From: Vicugna vicugna
Lineage: Eukaryota
DNA: 64,000 nt
NCBI GenBank assembly: GCA_013265495.1
Contig: MU059972.1
Span: 265,915 to 329,914, forward strand
Direction of reading: 5' to 3'
Part shown: piece by piece, positions 1-17,788 of the stretch
How positions within the stretch are numbered: the stretch's first letter is position 1
Layout: each line of letters begins with the position of its first letter
Position numbers and translations under genes: made by a program
Notes under the pieces: generated by a model
Databases searched by the model: none
What the model was told of the DNA's origin: nothing
What the model saw: only the letters and a program-made list of their open reading frames with translations

Positions 1-383
1 TGCCTCCGTGCTCACTGCAGAGCCCACTGGCTGTGAGGCCTTGGGCCAGGCTCCGAGTGTCCCTTAGGGCCTCCCTTGCTCACTTAGGTGCCTCTTGCAG
101 AGGGTCTGGAGTACCTGGCGTGACAAGCTGAGTGACACCTGACAGGAGGGAGCAGGCTGCCTGGCACATGGGCCACCCTCTCCCTCATCCTGTCCCCTGG
201 GCTCAGGCAGGTTCGCTGTGGGGCCTCCCCACCCCGCCCTGGGCTTTGCAGCGCAGGGTCCCTGTCTGGGGATGGCCTGGCTGCTCCTAGGTGGTCTCTA
301 GTCACACTGACCAGAGTTCATACCCAGCCCCGGAGGCCAGTGGGCTGAGGGGCCCAGGGAGAGCAGCTGCCCTCTCCCAACAG

Positions 384-958
384 TGGTGCCGACGACCTGC
401 TGCCCATCCTGTCCTTCGTGGCCCTGAGAAGCGGCCTCCCCCAGCTGGTGTCAGAGTGCGCGGCCCTGGAGGAGTTCATCCACGAGGGGTAGGAGCCCCG
501 GGCAGCACCACGCCAGCAGGGTCTGGGCTTGCGCTCCCCAGCTGGGGGTCCACCTGTGCCCACAGCCCACAGCCCCCTCTCCCTACCCCCACTTAGCACA
601 CTGCTGAGAGGGGCTGGGGTGCCATCCCCTGAGCAGCGTCTGCCCGGGGAGTGGGCCACCCGCAGCCCAGCCCCCTCACAGCCTTCTGTGGGACCTGTGC
701 ATCCAGTGAGGGTGCGTCCCCTCCAGATGACAGGTGCCGTACCTGCCTCCATGCAGGTACCTGATTGGAGAAGAGGGCTACTGCCTGACGTCGCTGCAGA
801 GTGCCCTGAGCTACGTGGAGCTGCTGCCCCGGGGGGCCCTGGGCGGGCCTGCCAAGGTCTGTCCAGGAGCCCCTGCTGCGGGAGCTGAGGCTCTCCTGGG
901 ACTCCTGGCCCCATCTGACAACTGCCCTCAGGGCTCAAGACGGCCCCTCTGCTCCTGA
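384..958 (+). CDS. VPS9D1: VPS9 domain-containing protein 1, last two coding exons (5'-partial): join(384..488,757..958)
   Basis: Exons translate [35 protein letters not shown]|[26 protein letters not shown], the VPS9 GEF C-terminal motif. AG acceptors end at 383 and 756, GT donor at 489, stop TGA at 956-958. Confidence 0.93.
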
Positions 959-1450
959 GGGGATGTGGCTGAGCAGTCAGCTCCCAGGAGCCAGGCCCTC
1001 CTCCCTGCTGTCCCTGCCTCTGAGAGACCCCAGCAGGGAAACCAGACTCCCCGGGGGCTGCACATGCTCTAGGGCCCCACCGACCCAAGGACAGAGGGGC
1101 TGCCGGCTGAGGGCAGACCTGGTTTCTCTACCCTTCTGTCTCCTGAGCCACTTTTTTGTTGGAGGCGAGAGCCTGTCACCCCCACAGAGGCCCAGGGCCC
1201 GGGGGCTTAGGCTGTGCTGTTTATTCATTGGGCACTGACCACTCCACTCTGTCCCAGATGCCCAGGTGTCCCCAGGTCACCTGTCCATGTCTGGGGGTTC
1301 TGAGCCACACTCCCACCCTTGGCAGTGGACACTGGACATCCTGAGATCCCTGGACAATCCCTACCCCTTCTGGGTCACTGTGAACCCAACAGTCAGCGCC
1401 TGCCCACTCTGACTGTTACAGGCCCCTGGGCAGCCGCTGACCCAGCTACA

Positions 1451-1456
1451 AATAAA
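1451..1456 (+). terminator. AATAAA, candidate VPS9D1 poly(A) signal
   Basis: Canonical hexamer about 490 nt after the VPS9D1 stop. Confidence 0.65.
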
Positions 1457-2599
1457 GAGGTCACTCACATCCTTGTCCGTGCAGGTCACTTCCCCGTACC
1501 CTGCTGGCTGGGTGGAGGCCTGGGCAGCGTAGCCACCCACAGCTGACCAGCAAGAGCCAGACAGTCCCAGAGACCACTGGGGTCCATCACAAACCCAGCC
1601 TCTGCACAGGAGTGGGGTCCCTGGGTCTGTAGCCTCTAGGCCAGGACGCAAGTCTCTGGGGCCAAGCAGGTGACAGGACGGGAACCCAGAGCACTCACCC
1701 TGAAGCATTCTTGAGGATCATCTTTGTTCTCCAGGTGGGGCACACACTGGGGGGCCCCTCGCGAGAAGACAGCACGTGGCCTGGTCCTAGCCATGGGCAG
1801 CCTCTCCAGGGAAGGTGGGACCCCCAGCAGCCCAGGCTGCCACAGAGGCGGGCAGTTTGGCCCACACCACAAGCTGGTTTGGGCTGGGGAGCCGTGTTTG
1901 GATCCCTGGGAAAGACTTGTGAACTGGCAACTGCTGGTTTTGTTGTGTGTCTTGTGTGGGCAGGGTTCCAGGCCCTCTGCAGGGCCCCAAGAAGAAACAA
2001 GCCCAGGGAGGTGAAGTGCCTTCTCTAGCCCTTGCCTCACGGTGACAGAGCTGGGTTTGAGCCCAGCAGGTTGACTCCAGAAACCAGTGGGTACCAGGGG
2101 ATGTGACCCCAAGGGCAGGCCCTGGGCCCAGCGGGCCAGGGCAGCCAACTCTGTCAGGAGCCTCTGTGCCCATCGGCACCACAGGAACAGAGAGGCGGGC
2201 ACCCTCCCACTCACCCTGCCCGGACCTCAAAGTTCTTAGTCCCCGAATTCCTGCCCTTGTGCCCATCCCTGGCCTCTCCAGAGGAAGCTCCCAGCAGCCA
2301 TGAAGCCTCAGGAGGAGGGTGGCACCCCTGCTCCAGGATGAGATTTTAAAGCCCCACTTCATCTGGCAGGTGGAGGATGAAGGTGTGTCTGGAGCTAAGC
2401 CTGACCCTGGAAGCACCTGCTGGCTTTGGGCAGGTGCTGAGCTCTGAGGGCTGTCTCCTCGGCAACCTGCTGGCAGCACTGTGCTCAGATAGGCTGCTTC
2501 TTGCTGTGTGACTCTGGGCCACTGCTTTGGCCTCTCCCAGCCCACGGCTCCTCTATGAAAGAGATGAATAATCAGTTCTTCACTTTGGTGAAATCCTGC

Positions 2600-2790
2600 A
2601 AATGAACAAGAAAAAGGCAGCAGCCCCACTTAGAAAAATAGCAAAAGCTACGAAGAGGCTGTCTTCAGAGAAGGAAATTTAAGAAGCTAATCAGCATAAG
2701 AAAAGGTGTCTGAAGTCATTAAAAGATCAAGAAATGCAAATTAAAACAACAAGATAGAATTTCTTATGCACCGAACTGGTGACAATTAGG
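2600..2790 (+). mobile_element. Old L1 ORF2 3' fragment
   Basis: A-rich stretch resembling L1 (gaaatgcaaattaaaacaacaagatag); similarity recognised by eye. Confidence 0.55.
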
Positions 2791-2939
2791 ATGCTGGACA
2801 GGGCAGAGCATGGTGTATTGGAGATGGGAGGCCATGTGCATGCATGCAGCAGGCTGGACAGAGGGCCCAGAGAGCCAGGGGCAGTCCTGGGACCAGGTTC
2901 TGACGCAGGAGGACAGGCACACAGCTGCAGTTGAGGCAG

Positions 2940-3530
2940 TGTGGCGTCCACCCTGCTGCTGTGTAACAACCAGCCCCACTCACTGGCTTAAACACACAAA
3001 AGCCTTTTGCTCATGAAACTTTCATTTTGGCAGGGTGCAGTGGGGACATCTCTGCCTCTACCCCCAGCATCAGCTCCATCGGCTTTGGAGTTGGGGTGAC
3101 CCAATGTTGGGGGGTTGGGGTCACCCAAAGATCTGTCCACGTGTCTGCTGTCAGCCAGGACCTCAGGCAGGGCTGTCAGGACAACTATGTAAGGCCTGCA
3201 CGTGGGTCCTATAACAGCTGCCGGAACAAAGGAGAACAAACTGCGTAGCTTAAAACAACAAAAATTGACTCAAAGCTCTGAAGCTTGAAAGCAAGGTGTC
3301 AATAGGACTATGCTCCCTCCAATCGCCAGAACAGAATTCCCTCCTGCCTGGCCCTGGTCTGGGGGCTCAGGTGGCTCCTGCAGGCCCTGCTGCCTCAAAT
3401 GCCACCTCTCCCACTTGTGTCAGCTTACTTCTCACGAAGACATCTTCAGTTTTGTTAGATTTAGGACCCACTTGAATCCAGTGTGACTCCATCTGAACTT
3501 GATTACATCTGCATAGGCCTAGGTGATCCG
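2940..3530. mobile_element. MaLR LTR (MLT1-type) fragments
   Basis: Typical MLT1 motifs: gctgctgtgtaacaac, gcttaaaacaacaaaaatt, ttagatttaggacccac, ttgattacatctgca. Confidence 0.55.
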
Positions 3531-3739
3531 CAGCCCTGGTCAACTTGGCCGGCGTCAGGTCAGGTGCCTGGTGACCTAGACAGGAAGGTGCCTTCACGTG
3601 CCTCAAAGACCCCCAACCCGGGATGCTCTCAGGGACCGAAGTGAGAGCTACAGAAACCAGGAAGTGGAGTCACAGAAATAGGCTCCAAGGTCGCCCACCC
3701 ACCCTTAGGTTGCTGTTTTATATCACGCTGAAGCGCACG

Positions 3740-4800
3740 TCGGGTGCCCACCATGAGCGCTGGCCCGGCCCCGCCAGAGGGTGGCCGGCTCCTTCCTCCC
3801 TTATCTGGCCAGTCCCGGTTAGGCAACCTGAAGGCCCCGCCCCGTCATGGGTAGCCCCGCCCCGCCTGGAGACGCCCCGCCCCGCCAAGGGTGGCCCCTC
3901 CCCGCGGCCGGCCCCGGCACCTATATCCCGGCGGCCTGGCGCTCCCGAGGGCCCCGCTCCGGAGGTCTGAGACCGCGGCAGGAGAGCATCTCGGTGCCCG
4001 CCCCCGTAGGACGGGCCGCTGGGACAGAGCCATTTATCCAGCGCTCGCTGTGTGCCTCCGGTCCTCCGCACCGTGGGGAGACGGGCGACGCAGGGACAGG
4101 TGGCCGTACAGGTGCGTGGCGCATGTGCTCCCGGGCCGTCACCAGGCCCTGCCCCGTCCCCTGTTGGACTAGACCAGAGGTAGGTGCCCGAGGAGACCCC
4201 GCCCCGAACGTCGCGGCCCCGGCCGATGGGCGGAGCCGGCCCTGGCGGAAGCGCGCTGCTGCTGGAGAGGCCGGAGCTGAGCGGCGGGCGCCGGGGGACG
4301 GCTGGGGATGAATAGGTAGCGCGGTCGCCTGCGGAACTCACAGCACGATCTGGGGTCTCTGCTCGGATGGGGAGACTCGGCTGGCGCAGCAGGTCTCCAG
4401 GGAAGGGGGTGCTGTAGATACAGGGTCGCCAGGCTGGAGGAGAACCTGTGGATGCAGGCTGGGCTCTGGGGGAGCACAGCGGACAGGGAGGGGCACCTAG
4501 TGTCTGACACCCTATCTCCGCCCGCCAGGATGGGCAGCAGCTCGCTGTCCGAGGACTACCGCCTGTGCCTGGAGCGAGAACTGCGGCGCGGCCGCGCGGG
4601 CGTGTGCGGGGACCCATCACTGCGCGCCGTGCTCTGGCAGATCCTGGTGGAAGACTTCGACTTGCACGGGGCGCTGCAGGATGACGCGCTGGCGCTGCTC
4701 ACCGATGGCCTGTGGGGCCGCGCTGACCTGGCCCCCGCGCTGCGCGGCCTGGCCCGCGCCTTTGAGCTGCTGGAGTTGGCCGCAGTCCACCTGTATCTGC
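3740..4800 (+). promoter_or_regulatory. SPATA2L CpG-island promoter with non-coding exon 1 (candidate donor after 4111)
   Basis: Dense CpG, several GC boxes (CCCCGCCC) at 3833-3890, CTCF-like CCGCCAGAGGGTGG at 3771, and ACAG|GTGCGT donor at 4111/4112. Confidence 0.75.
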
Positions 4801-7406
4801 TGCCCTGGAGGAAGGAGTTCACCACCATCAAGGTAGGGCGCCAGGCTGAGTGGAGGCCCTCTGCCCAGGCTGCCTGCTGCCAAGAGGGTGACTACCGTCA
4901 AGGGTGAGAGTTTCAGGAGTTCTCAGAGCCTCACAGGTTTCAGAGGGCTGAGTGAACTGACCCGTCCTGGGCGTGTCGGAGCAGCCCTTAGCCAAAAGTG
5001 CCCTTGGTACTCCTGGGACTGAACACAAGATGGATGGAGGGCACCCACCTGGGAGCCTGCCTTCTAGGGGTACCCTGTCCCTTAAAGTTTACATCACTGC
5101 CCTCCCCAAAGTGGCCTTGTGGCCCCAGTTACCACAGAAATCCTGGGACACGTGTACAGGAGGGACTTGTTTCCATGGTCACCCTAAACCCTCCATTTAT
5201 AGAGGATGACATGGTGTGGGTGCATCCCCTAGAAGTAGGCAGGGTCTGGAGATACCCTTGCATGCCCTAGAGTAGCTGGGCTAAACATGAACCTAATTCA
5301 CCCTCCACCCTGGCCTGGCCCCCCAACCTCCCATGAGCTGTGGGCTGGCAGGAGTGGGCAGGCTGCCTTGTGCTCTGAGCTAATTTGGAAGAGTAGGAAG
5401 GTGATGTGTCACTGGGCACGTGGGCGGCTGCCTCCCTTGGTTGCCATGGCAGCAGAGCCTCTCTCTGGGAGGTGTGCTCTGGAGCCCACTGCTCCACTCA
5501 AGACACCTGCTGGTCTGAGGTTCCAGGACTTTCATTCATCCATTCAGACCAGAGGGCAGGGTCCAGCCTCATGGGGAGCCAAGAGCTGGACAGGGCTTCA
5601 GCATTGGGCAGACCTGGATGGGGTCTGGTTCTGCCTCCTGGCTGTGTTGCTGGGGGCAAGTTACCTTATCTTTCTGAATCCACCTCTTCCTCTGTGAAAC
5701 AGACACAAGAATAGTCCAGTTCCAGATCCGTGGTGAGGGGTGAAGGCCCAGCCCTAAGAACAATCTTACACAGTAGTGACCCCTCTGCAGAGATGCTGTC
5801 ATAAACTGTAAGCAGAAAAACCCGCCCTGGGTCCCAGAGTCATGCAGCTGTAGAGTGGCAGAGATGTGATCACCACCCTAGCAGTGCTCCTGGCTCCTCC
5901 GCCGTCTAGAGCCTCCAAAACCACAGCTGTTCCGTCTGTGTGGTGGAAACGTACTCAGCCGGGCAGTGAAGGCTGGGCCTCTGTCCTGACAGGGAGTGCT
6001 CTCGGAAACTGGAAAGGCAGAGCTCAGAATGACGTGTTTAGCAGGCTGCCGGGTCAGAGGGGCAGCTCTGCACCTGTGTTTATGTCTGTATAACCAGACA
6101 CTCAGCAGGTACATGGAAATTAACTCACCCACAGGTGAGAGAAGGGGAGGGGCCAGAGGGCAGTGAGAGTTCTCAACATAGGGGTTCTTTGGTTTATTCT
6201 GACCCAGGTGAGCTGTATGCGTTTTTAAAAAACTGTGATGCCTGGGCCTGCCTCGGCCATGAGGTCAGTCTCTGGGGTGGATCTAAGCATCCAGGTTTTT
6301 GAAAAGCTGCTCTGGAGGGAGCGTCAGACAGCCCAGACGGCCTGGTCCCCTGGCACCATGCCACAGCCTGGAGTGAAGACGTGGGCCCTGAAGCTGGCCA
6401 GGGCAGGGGTGGAGCTGAGGCTGGGTCAGGTCCATGGGAGGGGTCTGCTCCTGACCTGGCCCCTCCTTTGCAGACCTTCTCAGGGGGCTATGTGCACGTG
6501 CTGAAGGGTGCACTCTCGGAGGACCTCCTCATCCAGAGCTTCCAGAAGATGGGCTACGTGCGTGGGGACAACCACCGCCTCATGGTGGCCACCCCGCCCC
6601 CCGCCTGCCAGCTGGTACAAGTGGCCCTGGGCTGCTTCGCCCTGAGGCTGGAATGCGAGATCCTCAGTGAGGTGCTGGCGCAGCTGGGCACCAGCGTGCT
6701 TCCGGCTGAGGAACTGCTGCAGGCTCGGCGGGCCAGTGCGGACGTGGCCTCCTGTGTGGCTAGGCTGCAGCAGCGACTGGCCCAGGAGGAGGAGCCGCCA
6801 CCCCTGCCCCCCCGAGGCTCCCCGACTGTGTACCGGGCCCAGCTGGACCTGTACCTGGACCCGCAGGAAGACCAGGGCTCGGAGGAGGCCATCCTGTATG
6901 GGGGGCCCTCACCAGGCCTGGACTCACCCAGCTCAGAGCTGGCCTACCGGCCTCTGTTCTGGGAGCAGAGCGCCAAACTCTGGGGGGCAGGGAGCGAGGC
7001 CTGGGAGCCAGCAGAGGCCAGCAGCCCGCCCTATGGGCCCTTGGAGGAGCTGGAGCCTGAGGCCTTCTCCTTCCTCTCACTGCGCCAAGAGCTGCTGAGT
7101 CAGCCCAGAGACGCAATGACTCCAGAGAGCCCCAGGAGCCCTGAGCAGGCCGGCCCCCCACGTGTGCACAGGCCTGTCCCCGAGCCCCCAGGCTACCAGG
7201 CTCACAGCTGCCTAGCCCCTGGCACCCTGCCCATCCTCTGCTGTGACACGTGCCATCAGCTGCATGCTGCCCACTGTCCTGCCCTGCCTGCCTGCCGCCC
7301 AGGCCATGTGCTGCGTGTACTACGTGGGGACACCCAGCGGCGCCTGTGGCTGCAGCGAGCACAGGTGGAAACCCTGCTCTACGAGGGCCCTGGGGCCCAG
7401 CCATAG
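4530..7406 (+). CDS. SPATA2L: Spermatogenesis-associated protein 2-like, 411 aa: join(4530..4832,6474..7406)
   Basis: MGSSSLSEDYRLCLERELRRGRAG...WRKEFTTIK|TFSGGYVHVLKG (PUB-domain region). C-terminal Cys/His motif CCDTCHQLHAAHC. AAG|GTAGGG donor, TTTGCAG acceptor, phase 0. Confidence 0.96.
5630..5750 (-). mobile_element. MIR SINE fragment
   Basis: MIR core-like sequence ggctgtgttgctgggggcaagttaccttatctttctgaatcc...ctctgtgaaac. Confidence 0.55.
6161..6315. mobile_element. MER5A-like hAT-Charlie fragment
   Basis: cagtgagagttctcaa...tttttaaaaaactgtgatgcctgggcc...ctggggtgg resembles MER5A. Confidence 0.5.
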
Positions 7407-8417
7407 GCCCACCCAGGCCTTGGGTCAAGGGCTTTCTGGAGACAGTTTCTGTGGTGCTTTTCTAGGCCTCGTCCATCCTCGGGCCTGGGTCACTGGCCAC
7501 CCTGCCCCTCCTGCCCCCCACTGAGGAGCCCTGAGCAGTGACGTGGGGGTCTCGCCTTCCATGGAGAGCCCCCACCTCGGGCTGGCCCATCCCCGCCCTT
7601 GACACCTAGACCCATGCCCAGACATGCTGGGTAGAGGAGCCAGCACACCTGTCACCAGGAACGACCCTCACCCTCCTCTTTCACCCCTCCCGCCACCCGA
7701 CCTCAGGTCAGCCCGTAGCTCCCGACCTGCTCCCTGTTAAGTGTCCAGGGGGATGCTCCACAGAGGGTTGTCCTTGGGGCCTGCAGATGACCTCATGGGC
7801 CCCTGAGCTTTGCTGAGACCAGTCTCGGCGCCTTTTCAGTGCATAGCTGACCTCCTGATGGGGGGGACCTGGGCCCACCATGGGTATCAGAGGCCAGCAC
7901 TGAATAAGCTGAGTGCTGACTTGAGACCAGCCCCATGGGCCCCGGCTGCACCTAGGGGAGGAGAAATGGTCTCATCTCCCACCAGAGTAAAGACCTAAGA
8001 GCAGCGAGTGGGAGGTGGGTGGCGGGTGGCCACTTACAGGTGGAGTGTGAGGGGGCTCCTGAGCCCCCCACACTGATGCTTACTGTTGCACTGACTCTGG
8101 AGGACAGAGTGGAAGAGTTTAAAAGCTTCCCACCCAAAAGCCCACCCCAGATTCAGTGGTGAAGACGCAAAAGCAGCTGCCTCCAGGCCGACTTCTGAGG
8201 CCATAGCAGACAGGCAGAGTCACTTTTCCCTGGGGGTGGTCCTCCAAGAACCACCAGCTCACAGGGCTGGAGGGGGTGGGTCTGCCCACCTCTGCCCTTA
8301 GGGCAGTGCCTGTCTTCCGTGCTGGCCCCACTGGTTGTCCCCCACCCCAGTCCATCTGTCTCACCTCCCCTCCCTCCCAGCACCTGTCACATCACACGAA
8401 TCAGAACCTCAAAGTAC

Positions 8418-8423
8418 ATTAAA
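8418..8423 (+). terminator. ATTAAA, candidate SPATA2L poly(A) signal
   Basis: First ATTAAA/AATAAA-type hexamer I found downstream of the SPATA2L stop, about 1 kb on. Confidence 0.6.
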
Positions 8424-8934
8424 GGACACTGGATCCAGTTGCGTGTGTAAGGAAAGCATTTATCTCCCTGAGCACCTGCTGGAACCAACCGTGCCCCCTG
8501 CCGATCGGGGCCTCCACAGTGGGGACCGAGCGCAGCCCCAGCCCGAGGCTCTCGCTCCGGTGGTGTCAGCAGCCTAGGCTCCTCCCCACCAGGCTGGCTG
8601 CACCCCACGCCCTACCCCTCCTTCCCAGCCCCACTACAGGTCACTTAGCCTCTCCCTTCTCAGGCAGAACCTGATCAAGTGGAGACACAAGTGACCACAG
8701 GGTTCTGCTCATCCCAAGCCAGCGACGCCCGCTGAGCTGGGCTGCGTCTTCTCCTAGGAAGTTAGAGTCCTGACCTCCTCCGCCAGTGGCGGGCACCGCG
8801 TCAGGTGGACTCAGTGCAGCCTCCACCCCCATGTCCACGCCCTGCTGCTCCGGGCAGTGGTGGGCAGGGGCAGGCAGCTGGAGCAGCTGGTCAGTCCCAG
8901 CCAAGGGTCGAGCTGGGCCCGAGGGGACCCCGGC

Positions 8935-15973
<7,039 letters not shown>

Positions 15974-16160
15974 GCCGAGTGCGGGCCCCCCTCCCGCTGC
16001 CCGTGTGCGCAGGCGCAGGCGCAGACAGGGGGTTCCTCCGCGCAGGCGCGCAGTGTACTTTCGGGGCGTCCGCTCCTTAGCAACGGTTACCAAGGGAACC
16101 TCCCGACGACCCCACAGGACCTCAGCTCCTAAGATCTCATGGGACTACTGAGGTTCTGGC

Positions 16161-16166
16161 TTTATT
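16161..16166 (-). terminator. AATAAA (minus strand), candidate SPATA33 poly(A) signal
   Basis: TTTATT on the plus strand; the first canonical hexamer I found downstream of the SPATA33 stop. Confidence 0.5.
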
Positions 16167-16629
16167 TTAGTTCTAAGCACCGGCACCGGACTGGGCTGAG
16201 GCGCTGAGTAAAGGCTACCGGACAAGAAGGCCTACGTCCGAGGGGCTGCAGGGCCGGGGGGCCCCAGGGGCTGCGGGAACTTGGGGGGGTGGGCTGCAGT
16301 GGACCTTGGGGCAGAGGGAGCTGTGCTTCAGAGTTCTCCCTTGGAGCACTGGAGGGACGACCTGCAGCATGGAGGGAGGCGGCCTGGGCAAGAGCAGAGG
16401 GGGCGTCCGAAAGAATTGACAGGATGTGGCGCGATGAACGCGCTGTGGGACCTCGAGGTCACCTAACACATTCGTGTCTGGCACCCACAAAGTGCTCACC
16501 CTGTCAGGCTCTGCCCTGGTGAATCGTCCATTCTAGCTCTAGGCTGTGAGAGCTATGCTGCTAAGGAGAAAAGAAGGCAGGAGAGTGAGTGGGATGTGTC
16601 GGCGGGTGCAGCTTCTCTTGTGAAGGGGA

Positions 16630-17050
16630 CTGTGCTATAAGTGCTGAAACAATATTAATGTAAGTTAAGGGCATTTGATAATTATGAAATTAAGTAATCC
16701 TAATGAGTCAAAATGTTTTAACAAATATACTTAGTTCATTCTAGCCATATTTGAATTCTGATAAGCTAAGCTAATAGCTAATGAGACTAGAATTAACACC
16801 ATGGTTAAGTATAGCTTTTAGATTATTTGAGATGCTCAAGACAGGGGTATGAGAAAAGCAGTTTCTAGGTCAAATAATAGAATTGCAAAAGCTACTAGAA
16901 ATTTTATGGAGAAGAGTAGTCATGCAGACCCTGTGGGGCCAAGTTCACCTCTGTATGGGCTCGATTCTTCTATATAGGTATCTAGTAGTGGCAGTCACAA
17001 GTAGTTAAACAAGTAGAAGTAATGATGTTAACAACGTGTCAGTAAAGCTG
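16630..17050 (-). pseudogene. NUMT: degraded mitochondrial ND3 - tRNA-Arg - 5' ND4L insertion
   Basis: In the vertebrate mitochondrial code the minus strand reads [45 protein letters not shown] (ND3 is typically [46 protein letters not shown]). It is followed by a tRNA-Arg remnant (ttttgactcattag...cataattatcaa, about 16675-16731) and ATG CCC TTA ACT TAC ATT AAT (ND4L start at 16674), in mtDNA gene order. Confidence 0.9.
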
Positions 17051-17788
17051 GAAGCAGGAAGCTGATACACACTGTCTCCAGGCCAAATGGGTGGCCTCAA
17101 CAGGGCAGGGCACGCTCTCCAGCCACACCAGAGGAGAGCAGACCCTGACCCAAGAGCTGCTGGCAAGGATGGAACAGCAGAGGCTGGGGGTCCCCTGAAT
17201 GGCCCCTCAGCACCCAGCGCCCTCATCCACAGCCAGGAAGACGCAGGTCCTCAGTTCAACTCTCCTCTTCCAGGGCAGCTCCAACAGAGCCACTGCCAAA
17301 TCCTAAGAGCCACAGCTGCCTCCACCCACCCCTTCTTCTGATCAGGTTATACTCAAGCTAGGAGCCCTTGGACCCTCCAAGGTGACCGTGCACATCCCTG
17401 TTCTGGGACCTAAGACCTTAAGCTTTAGTCCTCAGAGTCTGGCCTTTTGTCCAAGTGTGGGGGCGTGTGGTTCACTGAGCACACTCAGCATGCTGCCTCA
17501 CAAGGGCCCACAGAGAGTCAGAGAGGTGTCCTTCACTCTACATAGCCAGCTGGTCCAATAGGGCCATGCCCACCTTTTCAGTTATTACACAAGCTCACTC
17601 TCGGAGCCAGTCACTCCTGCCCTCTGCTAAGCTGTGGGTGGCTCTGGAGAAGGTGAGATCACGGTGCTCACACGGGGACATCACTTACTGGAGGGGCACC
17701 AGCAGGCTTCCACAGGACAGGGCGGCCCTTCTGCCTCCACCACTGAGACTCAGAGCACAGGGAGTAACCCCAGCTGCTGGGTGCTTGT

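Noticed and set aside
16675-16731. Functional tRNA-Arg
   Set aside because: Part of the NUMT; the 5' part is deleted and the anticodon is mutated.
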